This document shows positions 1-13,454 of a stretch of DNA of 64,000 nucleotides, in pieces. Position 1 is the first letter of the stretch. Every line of letters starts with the position of its first letter. This DNA is from Podarcis muralis. Taxonomy: Eukaryota. The DNA lies in contig NC_135658.1 in the NCBI RefSeq assembly GCF_964188315.1, forward strand, positions 11,036,001-11,100,000. Direction: 5' to 3'. The position numbers and the translations under genes were made by a program. The notes beneath the pieces were generated by a model, which was not told the origin of the DNA, ran no database searches, and saw only the letters and a list, made by a program, of their open reading frames with translations.

Positions 1-197
1 CAGAAGCATTGCTGCCTCCACAGCTGGATGCAGCAATAGCCCTTTCCTCCATGAATTTGTCTGATTCTCTTTAAAGCCATCCAAGTTGATGACCATCACT
101 GCCTTCTATGGGAGTGAGTTCCATAATTTAACTATGAGTAGCGTAAATAAGGGGGACGCGGGTGGCGCTGTGGGTTAAACCACAGAGCCTAGGACTT

Positions 198-1020
198 ATA
201 ATAGAATCATAGAATCATAGAGTTGGAATAGACCACAAGGGCCATCGAGTCCAACCCCCTGCCAAGCAGGAAACACCATCAGAGCACTCCTGACATATGG
301 TTGTCAAGCCTCTGCTTAAAGACCTCCAAAGAAGGAGACTCCACCACACTCCTTGGCAGCAAATTCCACTGTCGAACAGCTCTTACTGTCAGGAAGTTCT
401 TCCTAATGTTTAGGTGGAATCTTCTTTCTTGTAGTTTGGATCCATTGCTCCGTGTCCGCTTCTCTGGAGCAGCAGAAAACAACCTTTCTCCCTCCTCTAT
501 ATGACATCCTTTTATATATTTGAACATGGCTATCATATCACCCCTTAACCTCCTCTTCTCCAGGCTAAACATGCCCAGCTCCCTTAGCCGTTCCTCATAA
601 GGCATCGTTTCCAGGCCTTTGACCATTTTGGTTGCCCTCCTCTGGACACGTTCCAGTTTGTTAGTGTCCTTCTTGAACTGTGGTGCCCAGAACTGGACAC
701 AGTACTCCAGGTGAGGTCTGACCAGAGCAGAATACAGTGGCACTATTAATTCCCTTGATCTAGATGCTATACTCCTATTGATACAGCCCAGAATTGCATT
801 GGCTTTTTTAGCTGCTCATTTTAGCTTTTTTAGTTGGCTCATGTCAAGTTTGTGGTCAACCAAGACTCCTAGATCCTTTTCACATGTACTGCTCTCAAGC
901 CAGGTGTCCCCCATCTTGTATTTGTGCCTCTCATTTTTTTTGCCCAAGTGCAATACTTTACATTTCTCCCTGTTAAAGTTCATCTTGTTTGTTTTGGCCC
1001 AGTTCTCTAATCTGTCTAGA
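198..1020 (-). mobile_element. CR1 LINE 3' fragment inserted inside a Sauria SINE
   Basis: ORF 279..743 has the CR1 ORF2 C-terminus ([19 protein letters not shown]); (ATTCTATG) tail; the SINE resumes after it. Confidence 0.9.
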
Positions 1021-1785
1021 TTAGAACTTGCCAATGAGAAGGCCGGAGGTTCAAATCCCCGCAACGGGGTGAGCTCCTGTTGCTCGGTCCCTGCTCCTGC
1101 CAACCTAGCAGTTCAAAAGCACGTCAAAGTGCAAGTAGATAAATAGGTACCGCTCCAGCGGGAAGGTAAACGGCATTTCCGTGCACTGCTCTGGTTCGCC
1201 AGAAGCGGCTTAGTCATGCTGGCCACATGACCCGGAAGCTGTACGCCGGCTCCCTCGGCCAATAAAGCGAGATGAGCGCCGCAACACCAGAGTCGGCCAT
1301 GACTGGACCTTATGGTCACGGGTCCCCTTTACCTTTATCTTAAATGTTGGGACGTAATGAAATGTGAAAATGCGGATTTACAAATATAATGTATAAGTAT
1401 CATAAATGTATATGTAAAGATTTCGTATATGTATTGCAACATTAATAATAAATAAATAAGAATCCTGGAGGAGCACACATGGCACCCAGGCCGAAGGCTT
1501 GTCACTCCTGATTTTCATTGGTGAGCTATTAAAAGAATGGAAACGGTTTAAAAATAAAGGAAGGAGAAGGAGAAGGAGAAGAAGTTAACTTAAATTTCAG
1601 TGGGCCCTCCAGGGCACCTGGAATTTGCCCCAGCATGTTGGGTGCTCATGCAGGGCCTGCACTGGCCACAATTAAAAAATTTAAGAAACGAAAATATCCT
1701 GAAGCGAGACTTGCGACACAGCCATCCTCCACAGCCCAGCTTAATGGTAGGGCCCCTCACTAAGCACATAGAACACAGTAATTAC

Positions 1786-1836
1786 CTGGCTATAAATGGT
1801 TTGCTGCAACTTTAATCCCCTTTCATGCAGCTGCAA
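1786..1836 (-). CDS. INTS4: INTS4 exon 6 (51 nt; LQLHERGLKLQQTIYSQ); gene continues beyond the left edge
   Basis: Manual translation; ttttctacag acceptor, GTAATT donor. Confidence 0.94.
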
Positions 1837-2895
1837 CTGTAGAAAAAAAAAATGTGATTATAGTACCCAAAACAAAAAATAATAATAATTTAAATGGAGG
1901 GGTGGGAAAAATCACAAGAGGGGCAGGTCCTTAAAGGATTTGCTACTGGAGTTTAGCTATTAAGGGCATCAGCACAGGAGACTGATAAAAAATAAATAAA
2001 TTGAGTCGCAGAGATAACCTTACAAATTATTTTTCACCTTTGCTACGAGCTCCGTCTCAAACATCCAAATCCTGCAACTGAGTCCATTATGTGCTTAAGG
2101 CTACACTCCTATGTCCATTTCCCCCCGGGGAGTCAGACCCATTAAACACAGCGGGACTCGAACTCAGGCCACATGTGAAAGGTTGCTGCTTGGTCGTCCT
2201 TTCCTATGATGACTAGATGAGCGTTAACAGTCGAGACTCCATCACCAGGTTTTGGCCACACCTTCTCCTTATCACCCGAAGAGAACCAGTTTAATATTAT
2301 AATCCAGGGGTCGGCAAGGTTTATCTCGCCTGGGTTGGTTCACTCCCGCGGAGATTGCTCTGTGGGCTGGATCGCGCCTGCACAGATGCGATTTCCGGCG
2401 CCGCAGAAGTGAGTCCCCACTCTGCCGGTTTAGGGCAACATGCAGGGACTCGCCGAGTGAGCGGCTGGGTTCAGGGGCGGCTTGTGGGCTGTTTAAAAAA
2501 CGACCCCCATGGGCCGCTTGTGGCCCATGGGCCACAGGTTGCTGACCCGTTATACAGTGGTGCCCCGCAAGATGAATGCCTCCCAAGACGAAAAACCCGT
2601 TAGACGAAAGGGTTTTCCGTTTTTGAGTTGCTTCGCAAGACGATTTTCCCTATGGGCTTGCTTCGCAAGACGAAAACGTCTTGTGAGTCTTGTGATTTTT
2701 TCCCGCTCCCCCCCCCCTTTTTCTAAGCCGCTAAGCCGCTAATAGCCTTTTAGCCGCTAAGCCTTTAATAGCCGCTAAACCGCTAATAGCGCTAATCCGC
2801 TAAGCCGCTAATAGGGTTGCTTCACAAGACGAAAAAACCGCTAGACGAAGAGACTCGCGGAACGGATTATTTTCGTCTTGCGACGCACCACTGTA

Positions 2896-3451
2896 CAGTA
2901 TTTTTCGCTCTATAAGACGCACCTAACCATAAGACGCACCTAGTTTTTAGAGGGGGAAAGCAAGAAAAAAAATATTCTGCGCAGAGCATGTAAGCCGCTC
3001 TCGCTTTTCTTGCTTTAAACCATTCCGTCCCTCCTCCTGCTTCGCTGAGAAGCCAGCAGAGCAAGAGCAATAGCAATAGCTGCACAGCACTTCTTCTGCT
3101 AGCTTCCCAGCAAAGCGGGATGAGGGATGAAAGGGAGCGCTGAGCAGAGCCTGTATGCATCCCAGATGCGAATGCAGGCAGGAGGCTCTGCTCAGCACTC
3201 CATTTAAAGAGCCGCACGGAGCGTGTGTGTGGCTCTTGCTGGCTTTTCCCCGAGGAGGGAGAAGGGCAGCCCATCAGTCCCTTCCCCCTCCTCGGGGAAA
3301 AGCCCCCAAGAGCCGCACGCACGCTCCACACAGCTCTTTAAAAGGAGTGCTGAGCAGAGCCTCCCGCCTGCATTCGCTCCATAAGACGCACACACATTTC
3401 CCCTTACTTCTTAGGAGGGGAAAAGTGTGTCGTATGGAGCGAAAAACACAG
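2896..3451. mobile_element. Mariner/Tigger-like MITE (C(A/C)GTATTTTTCGC family)
   Basis: TIRs with TA TSD; related element at about 6523-6939. Confidence 0.75.
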
Positions 3452-3705
3452 TAATCCCTCTGACAACTTCCTGGTCAGCACCTTCTTTTCATGGAAGGCT
3501 ACAAAGAAGGGAGTAAGAGACAGGAAGGCCGGCCAATTCCTTAAAGGAGGACGTCTGCCATCCCATGGCTATGCCTGCTGGCCACTCACAGTCCCCATGG
3601 TGGCTAAATTCACCCCAGAAACACCTGCTAGCCTCCAATGCGCACCCCACACTCAAGTAGTATTTTGATTTAAGGGAAGCTGAACTCAGCGCTCCCGACC
3701 CTTAC

Positions 3706-3891
3706 CATTGCTTTTATAGCCGCAGTTCTAACCCGAGGATCCTGGTCACTGAAGTGATCCCCGATGATCTTCTGGACGTCTTTGGGAGGCTGGCCTTCGA
3801 CTTCTTTCGAGGTGCCTTTTTCCACAGTCCCAAGGTAGCCAATCAGGAGGAGGCATTTGGTCCTTACCCCGTGGGAGGAATCAGTCAGATG
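3706..3891 (-). CDS. INTS4: INTS4 exon 5 (186 nt; HLTDSSHGVRTKCLLLIGYLG...DQDPRVRTAAIKAM)
   Basis: Inside ORF 3670..3975; ctcag acceptor, GTAAGG donor. Confidence 0.96.
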
Positions 3892-5179
3892 CTGAGGAGT
3901 AAGGAAGAAGTAAATGAATGAACAGATTAGCCCAGAGGTCGGCAACCTAAGGCCCATCGGCCGGAAGCGGCCCATGAGGGTCGCTTAACTGGCCCATGAG
4001 CTGCCCCCGAACCGAGTCGCCGGGTTGGCTAGTCCCCGCGCCCTGCGCTAAACTGGCGCAGCGCAGGGACTCTCTTCTGCAGCTCTAGAAATCGCTTCTG
4101 CACATGCCCAGACTCCGAAAATCACTTCTGCGCAGGCACGGTTTTCGGTGTCTGGGCATGCGCAGAAGCGATTTCCGGTGCCACAGACATGCACAGATGC
4201 AATATCCAGTGTTGTGGTGAGCCAGTCCGGCCCACAAAGGATCTCCGCGGGAGTGATCCAGCCCATGCCTGATAAGCCTTGCTGACCCCTGGATTAGCCC
4301 AAACTTCTCCCAAATGAGTTCTTGTTTTTTAAAATGGACCGGTTTGTTTGGGGATTCAACACTCTTGGGGACGTTGGGTCTTATATGCAGTGGGATTTTA
4401 AGCACGTTGCCAAATTTGGGGAAGAGGGTTTTTAATGAAATCTCAGCAATAAATGGGGATGGGGGTAAAAAAAACCCACCTGGATTGGCTTTATTAAATC
4501 TCCATACACACCCAGCAGAAAACCAGGACATCTTACATTAAAAATAAATGAATCTCAGCAGCTATATACTAGCAGAAATCTTACAAGGGTTAAGCATAGC
4601 AAAATGGCACATTAACTGAGTAACTGACACAAAGTTCTGTGGGGGGAGAGATATTTTTGGCAGATTTCATAATGTAGACCAGTTTAAAAAATACTGTTAA
4701 ATCTGTTCCAATGGTCTTTAAAAATATCTGGATTATGCAACGTTTAAGTTATATTTGTTCAAAGGGGACATACCCTCTTTGGAACATTTTTGGTGCCAGA
4801 GGTTGTATGGCTGTGCAAGAAAATGAACTATTATTATTTTTTAAAAATAAAAAACTCTCCCCAGGCCACTTTTCCATCTCAGGTCATGCTCCCTCCCTAC
4901 ATTGCTCTAGGCCCTATTTTTTTCCTGGCTCGAAAGTGTCCTTGAACTGTAATAATGCCTCTTGGCTGCATGGATGGAAAGGGGTGTTGGGTGGGTGCTA
5001 TGTAGAGCCTTTGACTTTTGCCTGGCTGGAATGTAGCCGACTGTAAGAGTTGCATCCAGTGCTCTGTGCAGCTTTTGCCTCTAGCCTGCCTACCACCCCC
5101 AAAGGGTAACTGCAGCTCTCAGGCTGAAGGAAACGTCGTTCCACCTAAAAATATTTCCATATTGAATAGTTCAAATTAC

Positions 5180-5286
5180 CTTGCAGGCAACATCCACCAG
5201 GCGCATTCTCACCGCAGGGCTTTCTTGGAGCTTCTTTCCAATCACCAACAAGGTATCCAGCAGCTGAGCAAGAACTTGGTGGGACT
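5180..5286 (-). CDS. INTS4: INTS4 exon 4 (107 nt; SHQVLAQLLDTLLVIGKKLQESPAVRMRLVDVACK)
   Basis: Manual translation; tttttaag acceptor, GTAATT donor; phase fits exon 3. Confidence 0.96.
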
Positions 5287-6320
5287 CTTAAAAACAACAG
5301 TTGTTTTTTTTAAAAAAGTCATTATTTTATCTTGCATTCACTCATGTCCTGGGTCTGGAGGCACATGGTCCAGCAACTATGCTGAATCTAAGCAGGTAAC
5401 CATTTGATTTAATCATTTTCACTCTTCACTTGAATTTCCAAACACCATTCTGAAATATTGCACAGGCTTTTTATTAATTCGGAGACCGGCCTTCTAGTCT
5501 TTCCATCTGCTCTGCCAAAAAGAGAAACGCCAGTGATTCTGTTTCGTACACTTTTACGGTACAGTCATACCTCGGGTTGTGAATGCGATCTGTGCAGGAG
5601 GCATGTTCGCAACCCGCAGTGCTGCGTCTGCACATGCGCGTGATGCGATTCAGTGCTTCTGCGCATGCGCCAAAACCCGGAAGTAACCCGTTCTGATACT
5701 TCCAGGTTCGGCACAGTCCGTATCCCGAAAACGCACAACCCACAGCGTTCACAACCCGAGGTATGACTGTACGTCCTGCCACTTTTCCGAACCGGTCGGC
5801 CAGTTTCATAAGCAACAGGCCAAACCTGGTTGCAAGCTTGCTGCAAGCCTGGAGAGCTAAACCACGAGCCCAGGTTCAGCCAAACACTATGCCAAGCCAT
5901 GACTTAGCTCAGCTCAGCACAGTAGCAGCAGGACTAGGGGGCAGTCCGGCATCTGCAATCTCCTCTCCTGAAACCTGCATCCTCACACATTCACACTAAA
6001 CCTTGGTAATGATGTGCAAACCAAACCATTTTTCCAACAAGATTCAGGGCTAATCAATGAGGTGCCCTCCAAATGCTTTTGTCTAAAACTCTCCCCATCC
6101 CTGGGTGGAGAGGCTGGAAGGTTGTCCAATTAAGATGGTGAGCTCATAACCACCGGTTATCCCTGGTCTAGGCATATACCTATAATGTTACTCAATCTAA
6201 AGCAGTTTCATGCAACGATATGAAAGCAGTGTGCACGTACAACAACCCCTACCCCCAACAAAGTGAAACCTGGAAGGATTTGTACACCTCACCAGATTCC
6301 GTTTGGAAAATATCACCTAC

Positions 6321-6438
6321 TCTCATTTTGGAGTGTGTTGATGGCATCGTCCAGAATGCAGTCAGGAGAAAAGCCTGGAGTCTTTGTCAGCAAACCCAGC
6401 AAGGAAGCAACCTTCAACCTCACAGAAGGATCGTTCTC
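6321..6438 (-). CDS. INTS4: INTS4 exon 3 (118 nt; ENDPSVRLKVASLLGLLTKTPGFSPDCILDDAINTLQNE)
   Basis: Manual translation of the minus strand; cctag acceptor, GTAGGT donor; not in the ORF track. Confidence 0.96.
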
Positions 6439-7302
6439 CTAGGATGACAATAAGAGAAAAAAGTGGACTAAAGCCTTCACAAGCCAACTCTATCTGGGTG
6501 TGCAGTATCCACCGAAGAATTTACCGTATTTTTCGCCCTATAGGATGCACCTTTTCCCCTCCAAAAATGAAGGGGAAATGTGTGTGCGTCCTATGGGGCG
6601 AATGCAGGCATTTGCTGAAGCCTGGAGAGCGAGAGGCGTCGGTGCGCACTGACCCCTCTCGCTTTCCAGGCTTCAGGAAGCTATCCACAAGCCTTGCGCG
6701 CCCGGCGGGAGTTCCCACGGGCTCGCAAGGCTTGCGGGCAGCAGCCTGCAGCCCGGAGCACGGGATGCCCTCTGGAGGACCTGCTTCGGGCAGGTGTCCG
6801 CAAGCCTTGCGCGCCCGGGGGTAGTTCCCGCGAGCTTGCAAGGCTTGCAGGCGGCAGCCTGCAGCCCGGAGCATGGGGCGCCCAAAAAAATGAGGTGCGC
6901 CCTATGAGCCAGTGCGCCCTATAGGGTGAAAAATACGGTACATAAAAGTAGACTTTCAATACGGTTAAATATGCTTCAGGTTGAGTGTTTTCAGGTTGCG
7001 CTCCGTGGCGACCCGGAAGTAACGGAACGGGTTACTTCCGGGTTTTGCCACTCACGCATGCGCAGACACTCAAACGGACGTCATGCGCATGCGCAGGAGA
7101 GGTGAACTGCAACCCGCACATGCGCAGACGCAGGCTCCGTTCTACTCATGATGCAAACGGGGCTCCGGAACGGATCCCGTTCGCATCCAGAGGTACCACT
7201 GTACTTACCATTTAATTTTTGTTCTTAAAATCCCAAGAAATCGACTGATTTTTGCTCCCAAGACACCTTGCGATACCGTGAGATACCGCCCCTTGGCCCT
7301 AC

Positions 7303-7500
7303 CTTGTAATAATGCTCCAGCAAGATTCTGACCACTCCTTCCACACTTTCGGCTTCCACTGGCTTCCGAGCAAACTGAAGGAGGTACTGCAAAGCGTCCG
7401 CTGGCGAAGTTGCCTTGCACAGATCCACATGGAGTGCGGCCGACTTACTTGGTTTGGTCAGTCGGAGTTTCTTCGCTGAAATTTCCTCATGCTGCTGTTG
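7303..7500 (-). CDS. INTS4: INTS4 exon 2 (198 nt; ...KKLRLTKPSKSAALHVDLCKATSPADALQYLLQFARKPVEAESVEGVVRILLEHYYK)
   Basis: Near-identical to vertebrate INTS4; tttcag acceptor, GTAGGG donor, phase 0-0. Confidence 0.96.
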
Positions 7501-7917
7501 CTGAAATACGAACGCTTTATTAGGCTGAATTCACACACAAACAAACAAGAGCGGCAGTATAACCCAAATCGACTTACAAACAAACAACAGGCCCCACGTA
7601 GAAACATTAAGGCCAAGAGGAAAAACAAATGTACTGAAAACATCCCTCCCACTTCTAAGAGGCCATACGTTTAATCCTTACAACAACCCTGTAAGGTAGG
7701 GTCAGGATGAGAGGCGAGAGCAGCTACCTCCTCCCCCACCCGCACCGAGGTCACACCTTTGAGCTTCGAGTGGGAGGATTTGAACCCAGGTCCCTAAGCC
7801 CGCCACTCTAACCACTGCGCGACATTGCCCTTGCCCGTGGATGGGAGACGAATAAGCTTTACAGGTTTCGCCCCTTCCCTCCCTTCCCCACCCCACTTCC
7901 AAGGCCTCGCCGGTTAC

Positions 7918-7974
7918 CTGGACGACCACTTTGCTGAACTCTTCGTACACCCGTTTCTTCAGGTGCGCCGCCAT
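7918..7974 (-). CDS. INTS4: Integrator complex subunit 4, coding exon 1 (MAAHLKKRVYEEFSKVVVQ)
   Basis: Matches the INTS4 N-terminus (human MAAHLKKRVYEEFTKVVQ); GTAACC donor at 7917; GC-rich promoter upstream. Confidence 0.97.
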
Positions 7975-8720
7975 GACGGTCTTGATATTTCGCTTTCCGG
8001 CGCCGGCTGAGCCCCGCCGGCCACCGTCCTCTCCCTTTTCCTTCCCTCCCTCCCGCGCTGAGTATAAGTCAAAGAGATGAGGTTCTTAAGCCTTCCGCCC
8101 TTCTACTTCGGGCTTCCAATCGCAGCCATCAGACTCCTCCGCGTGCGGAGGCGAAGAGGGGAAGAAGTAAATGGGCAATATTCTCATATATCCATGTTAA
8201 GAATTCGAGAAAAGCCGGAGAAGGTTGCGGCGCCTTGAAAGCTCGCAGGGGCCGTTGCACCAAGGAAAGACGTGAACGTCCCAATTAATCTGCCTCTGCC
8301 CAAACGCCCACACCTTTTAAGGCGAAGGGCATGATTATTGGAAAATCATTTGCAAAGAAACCTTCAATTGCTTGGCTGTTTCAGGCAGCGCTCTAAGCTC
8401 NNNNNNNNNNNNNNNNNNNNNNNNNNNNNNNNNNNNNNNNNNNNNNNNNNNNNNNNNNNNNNNNNNNNNNNNNNNNNNNNNNNNNNNNNNNNNNNNNNNN
8501 NNNNNNNNNNNNNNNNNNNNNNNNNNNNNNNACAGCCACCACTCTTGCCCCGCAAAGGATTTAATGCATGCGATGAGGACCCGGAAGTCTCTATAAACCA
8601 AATTTCACCTAAGACTGTAGCCCCTTGTTGGACAATCAGACTGTAGGCTCGGAAGCAGCAAAAAGGGGCGGGACGGACGGAGAGGGGCGGGGCCAGCCTT
8701 TCCTGGAATACTGTACTGTC
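7975..8720. promoter_or_regulatory. INTS4 CpG-rich promoter region (contains an assembly gap)
   Basis: CpG-dense sequence upstream of the ATG; ETS/GABP motif CCGGAAGT at 8581; GC box near 8685; N-run at 8401-8531. Confidence 0.65.
8401..8531. other. Assembly gap (131 N)
   Basis: Run of n characters. Confidence 1.
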
Positions 8721-11700
8721 TTATGCGTGGGTAGAAATGGAGGTGGTTGTGATGTAAGGGCGATCTGCACATGCTCAAAGGCACTGATTTGTTTATATGC
8801 TTGCTTGCTTTTAGATCCTGCTACTTAAGGGATCAAATTTTGAAAGGGAGGCAGAAATAAGAACATCGGAACGGCCCCTGCCTAATAATGATGATGATGG
8901 TAATAAAATAAAAAATAAAATAAAATAAAATAATAATTTTATTATTTATACCCTGCCCATCTGGCTGGGTTTTCCTTCATCAAGTCAGACCAGCATCCTG
9001 TTCTCACGGTGGCCCAACTAGAGGCCTGTAAGCGGGGCCTGAGTGGAGGGAGAACATTAACAAATTACTTTTATAAAATAGAAAAAAACGCTGTTATAAA
9101 TGCCAGCATGTTTTGGTAAAGGCATTCTTCAGCAACACAAGAGAGCTGTTTTTTCCCCCCCTCCTGTGAAAAACTCCTTTTCACCTGTGAAAAACCTAAT
9201 CCTCTAGTGTCAAGGGAAAAAATACAGAAACATATCTGCAAAGGCATTGCATTTGCAGGGGAAGCTCAGCTCAGGAGCCCCAGGTCTCCAACAAAGGAAA
9301 ACAGGGAAAGTGTCAATACCAAATGCAGCAGTGCACTGATAAATGTATCTATGTACTGGCTCGATGTTATTCTATGGGAAAACTTTAGAAATTCATAAGA
9401 AATCATCAATCTTCTCAGTTCCAATGGCATTAGGACCCAGGGAAGTGAGATATAAGGGGTAAAAGGTAAAGATAAAGGACCCCTGGACGGTTAAGTCCAG
9501 TCAAAGGCGACTATGGGGTTGCAGCACTCATCTCCGCTTTCAGGCCGAGGGAGCCAGCATTTGTCCATAGGCAGCTTTCCGGCTCGTGTGGCCAGCATGA
9601 CTATACCGCTTCTGGCGCAACGGGACACTGTGACAGAAGCCAGAGCGCACAGAAATGCCATTTACCTTCCCACTGCAGTGGTACCTATTTATCTACTTGC
9701 ACTGGCGTGCTTTCAAACTGCGAGGTTGGCAGAAGCTGGGACAGAGCAACGGAAGCTCACCCCATCGCGGGGATTCAAACTGCTGATTTTCTGATCGGCA
9801 AGCCCCAGAGGCTCAGTGATTTAGACCACAGCACCACCCGTGTCCTCCCTGTGACATATATGATGTCTTGATGATGTATTATGGGAAACTTTGGGAAACT
9901 TTAAAATACTGATGTAACCATTGTTCAGGGCTTCTGGCTGCTTTGCATTTATGTTAGTCGTGGGAAGTCTTGTTGCAACAATAATGATCAAGCCTACTGG
10001 CTGCTGTTTTGCTTCTGTCTCCTGGCCAATGGGAGCCAAGGTTAGGCAATTGTGGGGCGCTCAAAGGACTCCCTTTTACAGTTCTTCGCATAAAAAGGAC
10101 CCCACATGCAGAAAACAAGGGTATGGCAGAGGGAAATTGAGAACAGGCATCTCCCTGATGTGCTAGTCTTCTACATGCAGAAAGTTGTGTGTGTTTTTAA
10201 AATGTGTTGAAGCACTGAAAAACGCACCTCCACCTGTCTGCAATGATAAACTCTGTCTTCTTCCACTATCCCATAATTCTATATAACTTGCAGAGTGGCT
10301 CAAACTTGGACCCAAATTAAATGTGACACCAGGTGAGCAGGAACAGATCTTGCTCAGTGTCTAGCACAGAAGGCTTCACATTTAATTAGAGCTACTTTAT
10401 TAGGTGTAACCAGTACTGTTCAAGAGGAATTACACAATTGTGCAATGGGACTTCACCTTCCTCTTGTCTCTCTGCCCTCCCCCAGGTTTCGAGGATACAT
10501 TGGGGGAGGGGGAGCTGCAGAGAAAAGGAGGGCACGTTTCGTTGCGCAAGTATAAGTCTGTTGTGCAAACAGAACAGCAAACACATATTCCTGGTTGGGG
10601 CGGGGCCTTGGGCAAATTGTCAACCGTGAACACAGAAGAAATTGCCATGCAGATAAGTATGAACAGTGGTCATTATGAATTTAATAGTGGTCATGCACAC
10701 ACACACGTGCAAAAAAAAATTATGCCAGGTTATTTATTTATTTGCATTTATATACCACTAAATATTCAAAAAATCTCAGTTGCGACGGTAACATAGACAT
10801 CCTAGCACCAGTGAATTCAATCCACAAGTGATAGCATGGAACTTCTTGATATGTTGTAAACTTCACGTTGCAATCTCCGTTGCAAGTTCCTTCATGAAAC
10901 AATAGCCACATTAAGGACAATTACGAAGTTTCCTGGGAAGTCATAAAAAATGCTTCCCGCACTGCTTTTTCAATATTAGTGTCTTCACAGATAACATTAG
11001 TGTCATCACACAGATAATATTGCATCCTAACCCATATTCAAGTTTCAAAAGTTCCTAAACACCTGAATCCACACCCTCACCTGCTAGATATATTGTTGGC
11101 CTTGTGTGTTCTGTTCTGCAGTATTTTTGCTCTTATAGCTGCAGAAACCTGCATGCTGCAGCGTCTTTACATACACATTTATGTAAAGCACTCCCCCTGC
11201 CCACCCAGGAATTCTGGGAACTTTAACTAAAGGGTCCTGGGAATCGTAGCTTTGTGAGGGGCAAACTACAGTTCCCAGGCATCTGGGGGACACACAAAAC
11301 ATTCTTTAAATGCACTCTAAATGTACTGTGTATGCACAGCCTTTTGCAGAACAAATGAATGCCAATTAAGCGAAACAAACATGCAGTGCTATGACGGAAG
11401 ACAGCACTCGAGTTTAAAAGTAAACATGAAGTAATCCAAGGCATGTGATTTGTTCAAATATCCCTAAAAAACAAGGATACTAAATTGAGAATACAAAGGG
11501 TGTTCGTGAGGGCTAATATAGCAGAAGTGCTGGTGGCAGATCGGGGGGGGGGGGGATAGACCACAAAGAGAATTTCCAAACTATTGCTATTTTGGGGTAG
11601 GGTTCAATCACATACTGGCAGCTGCTCACCCCCCAATCAAGTAAAACAATAGGAATATTTAACTAACTGACTAATGTTTGTTTTTCTTCCCCCTGCCCCA

Positions 11701-13454
11701 CCATTAGTTTTATGCCATTGGTTCTGGGTTTCGCTAGTGGGGCCACTAGTGAAAGTGATGGCTGGTTCAGGCAACCAGAAAGAAGTGCTATTCACACAAT
11801 CACTCACTCTTCGGAACTCATTGCCACAAGAGTCATCCACTAGCTGGGAGAAACCAGAAGATGGAAATACGTTCCCAGTTCCTAATTTGACATTCTCCGA
11901 AAGCTGCTCCTAAGCATGTTTACCAAGAGGGATGTGCTTCTTACCTACCGAGTTTGCATATGATTACAGCTTTATTACCTTATTTAATCCAGAGGTGCAG
12001 GTGCAGCCAATATGAGGGCTCTGTAGAGCTCTCCAGTCTTAAAATAAATGTTCAGACTGCCCCTAAAGAATACATTCCTCAAACAACCAGAAAGCTGTTC
12101 CCCTATGCCAGGTGCTATATATGCTGATGTAAAGGTAAAGGTAAAGGGACCCCTGACCATTAAGAGTGAAGGGGGCCATCTTGGAAGTGAGGAGGGGGTG
12201 GTAGCCTGCAAGAGAGAATTCTCTATAGGGAGCTGTAACACTCATTCAAGCCAGTAGTTTAGTTTGTGGTAAAGGTAAAGGGACCCCTGACCATTAGGTC
12301 CAGTCGCAGATGACTCTGGGGTTGCGGCGCTCATCTCGCTTCGCCAAGGGAGCCGGCGTACAGCTTCAGGGTCACGTGGCCAGCATGACTAAGCCACTTC
12401 TGGAGAACCAGAGCACACGGAAACGCCGTTTACCTTCCCGCTGGAGCGGTACCTATTTATCTACTTGCATTTTGACATGCTTTCGAACTGCTAGGTTGGC
12501 AGGAGCAGGGACCGAGCAACGGGAGCTTACCCCGTCGCAGGGATTTGAACCGCCGACCTTCTGATCAGCAAGCCCTAGGCTCTGTGGTATGCTGATGTAC
12601 ACAGTCACGAAGTCTATTTGTGCACCATGTGCTCTTGTCCTCTCCCTCGTACAATACAGTCAAAGAGCCGGGAGTCTATCAGTTCTGAGCTCCACAAAAA
12701 ATAACCTTCAGACTATGGCACACCATAAATCCAGACCACGGGCCATCTGTCCCCTGGGAACTATAGTACAGGCAACTCCCCATGTACACATGTTCAATAT
12801 GTGTGTGACCGCACAAATACGCATTGCACCTTTTTGCACAAATACGCATTGCAGGGTGGTGGCAGAACAGGGCGTTTGCAGGCTTTTTCAATGGTGCTTC
12901 AAATACAGTCGAACCTTGGTTCCCGAACAGCTTAGTTGCCGAGCAAATCGGCTCCCGAACGCTGCAAACCCGGAAGTAAGTGTTCCGGTTTGTGAACGTT
13001 TTTCAGAAGCCGAACGTCCGATGCAGCTTCCGCTTGAGCGCAGGAAGCTCCTGCAGCCAATCGGAAGCCATGCCTTGGTTTTCGCACCAATTCGGGAGTC
13101 GAACGGCCTCCCGGAATGGATTAAGTTCGAGAACCAAGGTACCACTGTATGTGCCATTTCAGTGCCTGTAAACTGGGAGTTGCCTGTATTTTCCTTGCAA
13201 CAGTATGAATCCAGGTGGAAATTGCAGGATAAGCAGGTGAGAGAGATACAGCCAAGATGCATGATTCTGAATCAAGACAAATTAACTCCAGTTGGGAATG
13301 AGGAAATCCACCCTTGCGCCAAATGTGTTGGGGATCTGTCGGGCTGCCAACAGGAGCAAAGCTCTCAGGTCATTCCAGCAGGCAATATTATCAGCAGCTG
13401 AGGTCCACTTACTTTGAAGCACCAACCCATTGGATATAAGGACATAGGAACCTA

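Noticed and set aside
12589-13401. 270-aa plus-strand ORF
   Set aside because: Runs across a SINE end and a Tc1/pogo MITE (about 12907-13148); no recognisable domain or splice structure; probably a chance ORF.
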